A stretch of DNA of 64,000 nucleotides, taken from the NCBI GenBank assembly GCA_027604505.1, contig JADIIX010000061.1, positions 62,001 to 126,000 on the forward strand. Direction: 5' to 3'. Below are positions 49,531 to 62,494 of this stretch, one piece after another; position 1 is the stretch's first letter, and each line of letters begins with the position of its first letter. The stretch is from Gonapodya sp. JEL0774 (Eukaryota). A program made the position numbers and the translations under genes. The notes under the pieces are model-generated. The model saw nothing but the letters and a program-made list of their open reading frames with translations, was not told the DNA's origin and ran no database searches.

Positions 49531-52020
49531 TTACAACTTCACCTCTGTTTGTGTAGGTGGGAGTCTTCGAGGCACTCCCCCAACCCGACAATAACACGAA
49601 ACCACCACCTTCACATCAGACTCCTGCCGCACTTCGGTCAGCCGTTGTCTCACGTAATCCAGCTCTATCTTCAGCGCTGGAAGTTCACTTGATCCCTCGA
49701 CCAGTCTCCCGGTGCTCTCTATCAACTCGATCCGAAAAGCAAGGCATTCTTCAAGTCCAGTCAAGGACCAGATATTTCCAGGGTTTTTCGTCCATAGCAT
49801 GTCTTCCCGGTATACAACCTCGGCTCTACGGATGTTGTCAACTCCACCTTGGTCCAGAAGCTGTTACGTTGGGTATGGAACGGGATTATTCTCCATTCAT
49901 GCCCGCGGCACACAACATGGTCACTCACAAGGGCTCCCAACGCATGTCGAGGTGGCTGCATCCATCCCCACGGTTCGTCGTAGTTCAAATTATCTGAAAG
50001 TCAGAGCCAAAAAACACCATAAATGCGAGGCAGACTGCTGTGACCTCTATGCACCCACCATTTAGTACTATGGCTTCTTCCAACAACTTGAAGCTTCTCT
50101 GCACATCCCCGCGCCTGTACTCGATTTCCCCCTCCAAGATTTTCCCTCCCACGGCCATGATATCCCTCACCGTGTTTGTGTGCCTCGTCCGCGTTATGGG
50201 AATCTTCTCCCACGCGTCCTTGTATAATTGAAGCTCCACGAGGGCTTCCTCCACGTCCCCCAAAACTGCCAGCGCGACGCCGCGTGCATAATGGTGAGTG
50301 CATATTGAGCCAATGTACAACAGTGGGTCTGAGGGGTCGGTAGGAGGCGCAGGGTGCGCGAGAATCTCCTGCCACTTCCCAAACCTCACCAACACGTGCA
50401 GCGGCATGCCAAGAAACGATTCTATGAAGTCGGGGTATTTATGTAGCATCGTCTCTGGTATCCTGCCGCACATTTCCACCGCCGCGTCCATTGCGATTTT
50501 GAAGTTGCCGGACATCATGGCGGAGTATATGGCAAAGTGGTAGTCATGGGCACGATACAGAATGTAAAATCCCTTTGGTGAGCCTTCGTACTTCTCCCAC
50601 CATTTCCCGGACTCGATGGCGTCCAAATTGGCGCGAGTGGAAAGTCCGTACCGAGCGGTCTGCACATCGATATGAGACGGCATGTGGAGTAAGTGGCCAC
50701 AATCTGGGGCGATGTAGCGGAGAACGTCCGCGACAGGCAGGCAGGTTTCGGGGTGGGAAGACATTTCGTAAACGTGTACGGTAAAGTGGACCAAGCCGAT
50801 GTGGTGTGGAGAGAGCGTGAGTGAAGAGGAAAGTACGGAGAGGAGGAGGGGGGTGTCAGGTTCCATTTGGTCGTTGTTCTGGGGAGTGAACATGGGATGG
50901 TCAGACCAGAGTATCCGCAATAGGAAGTTCAGATAATCTACTGACGGGCCACTTTTTCCACAAAGACCATGGTCTCAGCTGCATGATGGCTTCAGCGTAC
51001 AGAGCACCGGCCTCGACGTCCACGTTTCCCCATTCCGCATACACGGACTCCATGGCTTCTTTATACTGCATGTCCAGCACTTTCTTACCCTCCTCCGTCG
51101 ATCTAGTGGCGGGTGGGCCATTGGAACGGGGGAGACTGAAGTGGCGAACATACATCGCCTCCGCAACGCCCAACTCAAACTTGGCCAGAGAAAGAAGGGT
51201 TGGGTGTGGTGAGGAAGCGGGGAGCGGTAGGAATGAGTGGTGCTGTTCAGTGGCAGGCTCAGACAGGCGAGCGAGGTTGCTTTTGGCGAGGCGTAGTGCG
51301 GTCTCGGATCCTTGGCGCCCGGCGGCGAGCTCGTCGCGTGACATGTCGTACTTGTTCTATAGCGCGCCGGTGGAACGGGGCAGGTTTCAAAGAACTGAAG
51401 AGAAAGAAATCTGCGCGACACACTATGGAGGAGGCAGTTATGCTCACGTAGTTTGGGCTGGTGACCCAAGCAATTCCCCCTACATAAATGAACCGCCCGC
51501 CGCGTGAGAACACGTCCACGGAAAGCGATTTGATCGCTAATTATTTTCTCTACTCACACCATCCCATTGCGAACTCGGGGTCCGCTTTCACGGACTTTTC
51601 GAAACAACTTGACATTAAAACAAAATCAGGTAAGACCAGAGGGGCACCCAAAACAAATAAGAGCAAAGACATGCAAACTGAGCCATCACGCACGCTCGTG
51701 CTTCGTCGTGGTTGAAGCCATAGGACTGCCGCGAGATAGAAATCAAGTTAATCACGTAATCAGCTCCACCTGCACCAGGTGACCAAGTCCCAAGTGGCAC
51801 TAACCCAAGCAACACCCCTATCAAACCATTTTTTTGCATCCGGAGATGTTGTCAGAGCATGTCGGGTGTAGGTTCCAAGTCTCGTGAATGGATATCCGTC
51901 GGAGGCATATGCCGGCGGTGCAATCGGTGGGACCACGGGGGCTGGATATGGATTTGTGTAGGGACGACTCGATTGAAACTGCGAAGAATCCGCCCGCGGG
52001 CAGCACTCGTTTGACATCAT
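49531..52020 (-). CDS. Conserved TPR-like helical-repeat protein (YGFNHDEA / HMPSH family)
   Basis: AKKWFDRGVAW|SYGFNHDEA, LYAEAIMQLRPW, HIGLVHFTVHVYEMS, APDCGHLLHMPSHID, YDEPWGWMQPPRHALGAL, NPGNIWSLTGLEEC. Multi-exon. Confidence 0.82.
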
Positions 52021-52552
52021 CGTCGAAGTATTTCAGTGGCGGAAGTGACGTTTATCCCGCCCCGCACACAGGAAGTATAATGCAAGTCTCTTTCCACGAC
52101 CACGCTTCTGTAGATACAAATGAGCAAAAATACATTTTACTCTACTTAACCGTTGAATGTCTTGAACTTTCGCCCTTCCTCTTGGTCGTGGTTGGTGGTG
52201 TTCGGTAAGTTGGACACACTCACCGGCAGAACACACAAGCCGGATGGTCCACCCCCAATATTATTATGCTTCCTCTTTCAACCAGAGACATGCTCCAAGA
52301 CTGCGAAAGACTGCGAAAGCACCGAACAAAGTACCATCAATAGTCAAGCTCAGCTCTGCGAATTACTGTGATTCGTTCATGGTCTCCGGCAGAAGTTAGT
52401 TTGAGCCGGACTTGATGACGGTGGAATCAATTTGCTCCGAAACGGACAAGGGAAGTTCGCGACGCAATCACAGGTTGGTATAATAAAAGAACTCCGAAAT
52501 TTGACGAGTTGCATTCATCGTCTGCTGTTAACCTCAATCCATATCTAAAACA

Positions 52553-54654
52553 ATGTCCGACCGACTCGTTCCTTTCGCGAAAGCTCTCACCACACAACCT
52601 GCTATTCACATTCCAACGAAGCTCGATATCAGGGGAACTCTTCCTAGCTGGCTCTCTGGCGTTTTGTATCGACAGGGACCTGGAAAATATGACGTTGAGC
52701 TGTCGGATGGTGAGCACAATCATCATTTCCCCGCCGAACACCTTCAATCTCACACACTCGAACCGGAAAGCCGCTAAAAAGTCCAACTCGCAAACTCACT
52801 ACAACGTCCAGCATTGGTTCGACGGCCTTTCGATGGTCCACCGATTTGAGATTGCTGGCGGTACTGTGTTGTATCGAAGCCGGGGTGAGTATCTCTCAAT
52901 TATTGGGAAGAAAAAGTCCATTGCATGTTGTTCTCTGTAGATTAATGATCATGATCATTCCAGTCTGTGCTAGTGGATACGAGGGTCATATCAAAGCAAC
53001 GGGAACCCCGGGAATTACGTTTGGTGGACGAGGTAATTAATCAGCAAAAGATTGGCAGTTCCACGAACATCCGAGTTCCCAGTGCGACAATTGACAATTT
53101 GCGTTTTATGATTCTTTCAGATCCAACGTCGACCTTTGGTCGAGTCTCCAAAGTGTTCCGCACAATCGTGTCTGCTCCCGGAGAGGGTAACGCTGGCGTT
53201 ACCATCGCACCAGACTGGCCACTTCCACCCAGTCTCGCATCCACTGTTGATTTCAAATCCAGTGATCAAATAAAAACTCTTGTGGGCAAGACCGACGCCA
53301 ACTTTCTGATGAGCCTTGATCCCAAGACTCTGGAAGAGAAGGGAGGATTCTCTTATACCAGTTATGATTCAAGACTGAAAGGTCCTTTGGCACCGGCACA
53401 TACTCAGTGAGTTCCCACGCGTGCAGAGTGGGAATCATTACTGTCTTTCCTTTTTTTCTGACACGAATGCCCCCGACAAGTCGCGATACGAAAACCGGAG
53501 TGACATATTCTTTTGTTATGGATTTCGGTCGTCAGGTCACGTGCAAGGTCTTCGCACTTGTGCCGAGCGACGCTGGCACGAAAACGGAGATACTGTGAGT
53601 TGCTGAACGAGCTGAACTCGGTGGTCACTCTTCTGAATTCTTTCGTGCAATGTCTGTAGTGCAGATTTTGTACCGCCTTACGCCTCTTACATCCACTCCT
53701 TCTGGCAAACTGAATCCTACCTTGTGCTCCCATTCGCGCCGTACTGGGCCCGCTCCAACGGTCTCTCCATCGTTTGGAACCAGAATCTTACTGATGCTCT
53801 TGAGTGGGATCCTACGAAACCCGTGGTGTTTGTGGTGATCAGCAAGAAGGAGAAGAAATTGGTCGGAAAGTTTCAAAGTGAACAGGCGTTTTGGGGATTC
53901 CATACCGTGAATGGATTCGAAGTCAAGGGGAACAAGGGCACCGATCTGGCTCTTGATATTGTTGCGGTACGTGTGCACGTTGTTGGGTGAAACCACGGCC
54001 CAGTCGATTCAGGCCTTTGATTTCGCATTTTAGGCACCAAACACCAATATCGTCGAGAATTTGTACCTGGCGAAGATGCGTTTCGAATCGAAAGAACCGT
54101 ATCTTTCTCCCACGATCTATCGAGTAGTCCTCAAAAACGTCGAATCGGCGGCGAAGCTTTCCTCACCCTCAGCACCACTGAGTGTCGTGACCGAGTTCGC
54201 CACTTCCGAGGGTGGTGACCTTCCGCGGATCAACCCTCGCTTTTCTTGCAAACCAGAGTACCGTTACGCGTATCTCCTTGGGAGCGACACGAACCCCGAC
54301 GGCACCAAAAACTTGTTCGCCACTGTCCGCAAAGTGACGCTCCCAGGGTACAAGGCTGAAGGACCCAACACCTCCACCAAATTACATTCTTTGACGTGGA
54401 ACGTGCCAGGTGTTCACCCTTCGGAGCCAGTCTTCGTGCCAACACCTGGTGGTACCGACGAGGATGACGGCATCCTTCTGGTGGTATGCTTCAATGCCAA
54501 CGACCAGAGCAGCTTCCTCGCGGTGTTGGATGCCAAAACAATGACCGAGATTGCGCGAGCTGGTTGGTTTGGCACGGCGGTTGGTGACGGAGAGAAAGTT
54601 GGTACACATGTCGTGCCGGTTGGATTTCACGGAAGTTTTGTTGAGAAGCTGTAG
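52553..54654 (+). CDS. Carotenoid cleavage oxygenase (RPE65/CCD family)
   Basis: IRGTLPSWLSGVLYRQGPG, HWFDGLSMVHRF, four Fe-ligand His contexts (PAHTQ, AYIHSF, GFHTVN, GFHGSF), LPRINP, PSEPVFVP...EDDGILL. Confidence 0.93.
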
Positions 54655-54849
54655 AGTCGACATGACATGATTGGTCTATCATTTGTATCCAGAGATTAGC
54701 ATTTACACTGCATATGTATAAACACGAGAGGTTTGAAATGAAAGGAAATAAGTTTCTTGCAAGGCTTTCCTTGGAGAGGATAAGATTTCCTTGTGGTTGT
54801 AGGGTGTCGTCTCGCGACATCGAACTATCTTGCAAATTTCGCAAATTTC

Positions 54850-57800
54850 ATGGCATTCCTCTGGAATTTTATTCCTGCTCCTCTGGCGAACGCACTATTC
54901 CAAACTCCACCTCCTCTTCCGGATGTAGTGCCAGACGAATGCGCGACTTCTCCGGATCCAGAGCCAATCTCTGTTGTTGCCGACCGAATGGGACCAACCG
55001 TTGAAGATTCCACGGGGGACAAGGCGAAAACGAAACGGCGACTTCGGAGACGAAAACGTGAGACTGAAAACGGAGAGCCACTCGCAGAGGAGAATGCTGG
55101 TCGGAGTGGACACAGGAGGAAGCACCGAAGCCGGCGGCAGATCCACACAGAGACCATTGGTGAAGGTACGGGCGGCATTGGGAGCGCAAACGGGATTACA
55201 AACAACAACAATGAAGACGCTGCCGATTCTCCGCAGCCGGAGAACCAGGTGAATGGTGGCCAGACTCCCCGGCGGCGCGAGAAGCTTCGCCAGAACCACC
55301 AGAGAAGAATAGCCCAGCCAGAGGTTACGCCGACAGAACAAATAGACAATCCTGATGTGGATCGATCCAACTCGGTACCACCCCCTCTCGCCGTGCCGCG
55401 TGCACCTCCACCATCGGCGGCGACTTCTGCTGCCGTGTCCGTAGCGACTTCTCCCGCAGAGCGCCGCCCAGAATGCGGGCTGCCGCCTTTGCTTCCACCA
55501 TCCCCAACACATGCGAGACCCCCGCTCCCTCTCTTCATATCTGTTCCACCAGATTCATCTGATCCCACCACTTCGTCCTCGTCCCCAACATCCTGGTTTC
55601 CGCCCCCTTCGCCAGCTATCCCAGTGCCACCACCCCCCCACCCGACTCCGGTTGGAAGTCCCATGACATTATATCCTGTTGAGCAGAGGCTGGCGGTTGC
55701 TGCCAGGAGAGTTGTTGGCGAACGTGCTTCTCTAACGATAAATGCGGGACCGGCGGACAGCCCAAGAGGAAGATATCGGGAGGAGGAGGAGGACGGCGTG
55801 GATCTCTTTCAGACGAGCTCCAGTCGATCCCACCCCCACCAAGATCACGACCAAAGTCCCGTACGGGACAACGAGGTAGAATCCCTCTTCAATTCGGATG
55901 CAGCGACACCAACAGGTGCTCGCGATCAGAGAGAGAGCGACGAAGAAAGCTCACATGATTTATTGGAGGCTGAAGATGAGTTAGTGAAGGAGGCGCCCAC
56001 GCAAGGTCAGCCGAAAAGCAATGAATCTGCCGACGAGGCAGCTGTCGATACGTCCAATGTCGAAGAATCTGAGGTGCGTCATTCATCATTTGATCTGGGT
56101 CTCTTTGTCGTTCCTACAACTTTGGCCCCGCTCGGGTTTCAAGTCCTCGCCTTCTTCAAACCCTCCACTCCCTCGACCGTCCCCTGCAACTCTGAACCTC
56201 CTCTCCATCCTCCATCGCTCCACCCGACACCAATCCCTCCTTTCTGCTCGCGTTCATCGTAACATCACTTGTGACGGATGCCACATGTCCCCAATCCGAG
56301 GGATCCGCTACATGTGTGGGGTATGCCCCAGCTATGATCTTTGCGGGATGTGCGAGGCACGTCTTGATCAGGGTGAGGGGGAACCACCGCAGGGTGACGC
56401 GGGAGGGCACACGAGGCTTCACCCAATGATCAAGCTGCGGATACCGGTACCCCCACTTGCTAATCCCAGGTTTTCGGGTCCAGGAGCCGTCGTTGTGGGC
56501 CGAGGACTCGGTTCGTCTGTGGCGGCGTCGCCCGGCGGGGGTACCGGTAGTGCAGCATCTTCTTTTGCTGGTGCAGTTGAAGGCAGTGGTTCACACCACC
56601 AACCGACCTTCCCACAGGACTATGGGGAGGGGTGCGCGGGGCTGTATCTGCAAAGAGACTTTGCACCGGGCAGCTCTAAACTTGCATGGGACGCCCTTGG
56701 AGAAATTGGCGGCAAAGCCTGGTGCCATTGTAGGTTCAATGAAGAATGGGCTTTGCTGGTGTTTTATCATGATAAGCCCAATTTTCTGTTTGGGATGCTC
56801 AACTTCCAGTATCAGCCCCTGAGCTGGAACACGCCTACGATACATTCCGCTCAGTCGCGACTTCCAACAGCTCACCCCCACTGCCCACACCACCACTTTC
56901 ACCTTGCCTACCTCGGGCAACCCATACCGATCTCCCATCGTCTCCAGCCTTCTCCATCCCGCGGCAGATGTTCTATGCATGCCTCGGCCAGCTCGGTGAG
57001 AACCGCAACGTGATTGCCGAGGCTTGCTGGTCGTGGTGGGACGCTGACGGTGACGGAAGGATCTCATGGGGCGAATGGATAAGGGGTGTTTGCGGATGGT
57101 GGCAGGCGGGTCAAGCGGGACAGGAATGGAAATTGGAGTGTAAGCCTCATTGATAATCGGCGATAATCAAGTGTTTTCTAACAACAATTCAACGTGCTCT
57201 GATTGATCTGTACCAGTCGCTTTCCATATTTACTCTCTGTCGCAACCCTACGTTACCCGCACATCCCTCACTGCAGTGCTTCGCGCACATTTTTCCCTGT
57301 CGTCAAAGCTCGTCTCCGACCTGGTCCGCGAGACCGAGCTCTCGGGACCATGGAACAGAGAATTGTCTTCGCCGGATCCTCCACCACCGACTGCACCACC
57401 ACCACCACCCAGACCGAGCACGACGCCACTCCCACCACAATCACCTCCTCCTCCGCCTCCACCATTGAACACCGCATTAGCTTCGTCATCGTCCCCTTCC
57501 CGCCGCCGTTCGTCCGCACGACTACCACCTCCGCTCACCATGCCCAGTCTTCCGGCCCTCTCGACCGCACCAGACGCTGTTCAGCGATCCCTTTTGCTTG
57601 CTGCTGCCGGTGACTTTTTGACCACGCCAGCTACTGCGCACCCTCCATCGTCCCCGTCATCACGGATAGCCGAGTCCCCGAGTAGCCATGCCGGCCTCGC
57701 AAGTCCTGGTGTTCTTGCACCCCTTATGGGACAATTATCTGGCGCCGCTATAGGAGCGGTGGTGGACGGGGTGTTTGGGGAGATGGCTGGGGGCGCGGAG

Positions 57801-57899
57801 GAAATCGGCAGGGAAGCGTGGGCAAGCACAGTAGAGAGTGCGAAGCTCAGGGGCTGGGATTTGGTAGGATGGGTGGAGAGCTTCGGTGGCGTATTCTAG
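54850..57899 (+). CDS. ZZ-type zinc-finger and EF-hand-like protein
   Basis: VHRNITCDGCHMSPIRGIRYMCGVCPSYDLCGMCEA...HTRLHPMIKLRIP (ZZ finger) and WWDADGDGRISWGEWIRG (EF-hand loop), with long disordered flanks. Exon boundaries only partly resolved. Confidence 0.78.
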
Positions 57900-58641
57900 A
57901 AACAAGACACAGGGAAGGGACCAACGAAGTTACAGTAACCGAACATAATTTCCTTTGTCTCGGATCACCTGCAGTTTTGAAACGTATCAATACCTGGCGC
58001 CTATACGGGTTCGCTCCGATTCGGAGAAATTTCTGGTTCACGTTGTAGTATGAGGGCTGTTGTCTTCATGTACACTGTTTTCAGTCCCTTAGAGTACAAT
58101 GCGCACGCACTGGTCTACTATGTCGTTGAAAGCAGTTCAGCAGTAAAGTGTCTAAAAACGCCAATCGCCGGTAAAATAATTCCTATTGTGTGAGAGGTAT
58201 ATACTGCGCAATAAATACATGGCCTTTATGTTGTGCACCTTTGGTGGTCCCCGTCATTACACACGTGTGCGACCGCTGTCGGCAAAACACCGTTGATTTG
58301 AATGAAATTTCTGTCGCATATTTTTGGAAGTTTCACCTGGGAATCGTTCGTTTTCGCCATTAGGTCAAATACTCTCTTGTCCGGTGCTCATCTCCAGAGA
58401 AAATCGAGCGCTCTCATGGCAATTAATATTTGAAGCGTTGGTGTCTGTTCGATGCCTGGCATTGTTCATCGATTCTGTCAAATACATAAATTCAGGGGAG
58501 GTGCCGAACGACCGGAGACCTTCCCCCACAAGCACGCCACCTTAAACTCTCAACCGTTCAGAACGGATCTTGGACGTCCGAAAGAGTCTCGAATCTCTTT
58601 ACTCGCCACGGCCGAACTCGCTCTTGGAATCGGTCGTGAAA

Positions 58642-61600
58642 ATGTCCCCGTCAAGAGGGCGGACCCGTCCCAGTCCTGCTTTTCGGACTATGATATCTCG
58701 GCTTCAACCTCGACGTCGAGCGCTTGGAAATTTGTCGGCATGGACGGCATCTCGGACAAGACGATGGCCGGTGCTTACTTTACTGGTCCTTCTCTCCATC
58801 CTCCTCTCTTCCCTCGCTTCCCAGACGCAAGCTCAGACACTCGGCGCACCCGCAGTGCCATTTGGTGCACGGACAGCAGTTACCTTCAATCAAACGATGA
58901 TTGCAGTCGGTCAGTTTTAGAGGAGTTTTCCCAGGGTTGAGGTTAAAAGGTCCCTTCGGGGCAAACTCTCTTTCGTTGGACTGTCGGGTCATTTCTCAGA
59001 CCCTGCTCCGGGACTGTCCAGTTTCTGAAAAGCTACGTCTTCGAGACAGAAGACTCGAAGCATTTTTCGTGGGACTGTCGCGGACACCAGATGCGATTGC
59101 TCTGTGATGCCGATTCTGGAATGTCAGGGGCAACCCCTTCAGTGAGAAATTGATCGGAACAGCCCGTCACGAGTTCTGGTTGACGGAGAGACGCGAACGC
59201 GCCAACATGAATGGAGGGGCCCACCTCGGAGACTTTCCTCTCGTTAAATTGTTGGGAAGCTCTGTTGTTGATACTTGGCAGAAAAGACACAGTCATGCTT
59301 GGGGACTATACCCTGGCTACCCCCCTCCTTTATAGTGCAACCACTTTGTGGTTGCACTACCGTGGTTGCACTACCTATGGAATTAAAGACTGGCTTGGCC
59401 TTTTTGCTCACCGATGTCTCCCTTTGCTCCGTCATAGGCCAATACGGGAACTCCTTTAACTGCACTACACCCATAAAACTGACCCCACAGCTCACTGTTC
59501 TCGCCAATTCCATGTCCACCTGGACGTGGATCGACAAAACCCCTCTGAACAACCCCATCTTCGCCTCCGACGTTGTCGCCGAGGTAGGCGGCGTCTCTTA
59601 TGGTCCCCGGCGCTACACAGACCCAATCACTGGTGCCAACAGCACCAAATATTTCGCCTTCGTCGCATTTTCCTTGTTTTCTGTATCCCGTGGGGATCAC
59701 TCGGGCACCCAAGTAGCGATTCTGGACATGCCTGTTGGCAGCGAAACAGATCCATGGACATGGCTGGGCTACATTGGACCCGGCATTCCCGCGCGCTTTC
59801 TGGCTTCACCTTCTTCCACCACAGAAGCCAGCTACCAGGGTGCAACCCCGAGCTGCTACAAAATGGGTCTCTCATTCGCACCAACATATCCGTTAGAAAC
59901 CGCGGCTCATCTCATCCTTGCGGGTGGATACAACTGCACGGGCCCTGGAAATGCACAAGGGAACTTCTCCAAGGAAGTATGGGTAGCCGATACAAGCGAC
60001 TTTGCGGCGGGTACCAGAGCTGGTTGGAGAGTTTGGAACCCCAAGACAAACTTTCAGGTTACGGGCACTGGATTCACCCACGTCGTGAGTTGGAACTGCT
60101 AGAATAGCCAGAATAATCGGGTCTTGTTCCAAAACCAGTGGTTTGACTCATGCACCCACGTTGGCGATAGGTTTCCGCCTCTAGTTCTCTCATTTTCCTC
60201 AACTTCGGGGACGCTTCCAGTAATGATCCTGTTCAGCAAAATGCGACGCGACTCTTCATGTCATACGACTATCTGACCAACCAGGAGTATGATCTGACCA
60301 AATCAATTGGAATGCCCTGGCCGGAAGGAACATCGAGATTGGGTGTCGCTGTTGCAGCTGATGCGAGCAAGTTGTTTGCATATGTGAGCCGCTCCATTTC
60401 AAGGGCACATTTATAGTCGCACAGTCATGGCCTAATTCCTTTGGTTTAGGGCGGCTATGGCTATTATAAGTACTCGACGACGAACTACGTTGTTTCAGAC
60501 ACATTGTACGTCATGGAAACTGCGTCACCAACACCTGCGACGATTACCACCTCGGCATCGGGTGGTGTTCGGTCTGTCCGGGTGGACGGAGGTTCCGCGG
60601 GTGTTGAAGCTCAAACCCAAACGTACCCTGTCTCTTCTACAGCGTACACATGGAGATGGGGTCAGCAAGCTGGTTACACATTTGATGCCGACGGAGTTAG
60701 CAATTCGGGAGGTGGTCCAGGCGCAAACTGGAATGCGGACTTGTGCGTGGAGAAGAACCGCAGCGTTCTCATGATATGGGGCGGTGAGTTGCCATTGAAT
60801 GGCGATCTGTCTAGTCGCGCCATTGACCGCATTCGCCACGTCAATCAAGGCGCCGGATTACCCCCAAACTATACTGTTCGGCAAAACGTACCCGAAGTTC
60901 TTTCTATCCCGACCCCCTGGCCATACAAGCAAGGGGTCATCGGTTCGACGTTCGCGTTCATTGACACCAAGTCGTGGGAGTGGGTCGCTGCGGGTCCGTA
61001 CTACCTTGTTCCCGGTATTCAATTGTCACCTGGTGCGATTGCTGGTATCGCCGTTGGTTCTACCGTTGTTGCAGTCTTCATTGTTGCCTTCGGTGTTTGG
61101 GCGGGTCGCAAAGCTGCTGAGGAAGAGCGGAACAAGCGGCGGAAGTACCGACGGTGGTGGGAAGACCCACGCGTGTGGGGTGATTCTGGGTACTATGGAC
61201 CGGACGGCCCGGTGGAACGAGCTATGCGGGAATCAATGGGCGTGACGAACGTTTCATCTGTGGCGTCAGAGATTCCTTTGCTGGAGAAAGTTTCCACTGC
61301 GGCGAGGATGACGTCCGCGAGCACTATCATTCCGGGACTAACCGAAGTAGAACAGGAGAAGGGCAGAGTTGTTCAGCAGGAAGTAGCAAAGCAGGAGAAG
61401 GAGAAGGAAGCCGCAGAAAAGGGCGAAAAAAAGGGAATCTTCGGGGTGGTGTTCTCGTCGGTGAACGGCAACATAGCGAATGCTCTTGCAGGTGTTGCCG
61501 CAACCAACGCACTCGGTAGTGCTCCCGCTTCATCGGTACCTACCACCTCTCAGTCAGATGCCCAAACGCTGCCTCCCAGGGCAGCACCACTTCTCAAAAG

Positions 61601-62367
61601 CTCCGGTTCATATGTATCGAGACCGCAGCCTAACGGAAGTCTGCCGAATGGCACACCTCTTTACACTGGGGGGCCTGCATTCTTCGCCAACGGACAAGAC
61701 GCTGGCTATAATCTCGACAACCTCCGAGGTGTAGAATGTCGGGCTGTGTTACCGTCATCCGGAGTTGTTGTGGAATATCCTGATTGGTTTGAAACAATGA
61801 ATCATATCAATTCGGGCGACAGGACTTCTAGTCTCCATACCCTTGTTGGTGAATGGCTTCAACCACCGAGAAAAATTCAGGGTAGTTACTCTTTGACGAA
61901 ATCTGATCTGGAGGCTGAAAGGCGACTCTCGACTTCAGGATTGTCGGTTGGATCGCGAAATTCTTTAGACATCCGGTTCATCAAGGAACGGGACAGTGCT
62001 GAAACAATGGCAAACAAGAACAACGGAACGCTTAGCAGTGCACCCTCCGCGGAGGGGAGAACGTTCGTTGATGGAGAGGAGGAAACCACGTTGAATGTTC
62101 CTCCTGGTGCCAAAGTTTTGCGATCCAAGCACAAATTTCCTGCTTCGACGGGAGGGATGGACTTGGATGAGCTGACATTAAAGGTTGGGGATAGAGTGAT
62201 CATTCGAGAAGCATTCGAGGACGGATGGGCATTAGGGTGAGTCTCATTCATTATCTGCCCCGGAGTTATATGATGACCGAGGCGCTCAATATTCTTTGCA
62301 TGGTAGGCTTCACCTGACCTCTGAGCAGGTCGGCGCGTTCCCCCTTAATCACGTCATTCGTATTTGA
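58642..62367 (+). CDS. Type-I membrane protein: signal peptide, beta-rich (Kelch-like) ectodomain, TM helix, C-terminal SH3
   Basis: Hydrophobic VLTLLVLLSILLSSLASQTQA. LILAGGY and LMIWGG resemble Kelch GG motifs. TM helix LSPGAIAGIAVGSTVVAVFIVAFGVW followed by basic residues. SH3 HKF...DELTLKVGDRVIIREAFEDGWALG|LHLTSEQVGAFPLNHV. Start approximate. Confidence 0.78.
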
Positions 62368-62494
62368 CGAAAAAATGAAATAACACCGCGGATTAGTACT
62401 CTGTAGCCTCACACAGGCGGTTCAGGACAGTATCTTTTTGTGTGACATTGATTAAGTTAAATATTATTCCGAGTCCCACTCATACCAGAATCCC

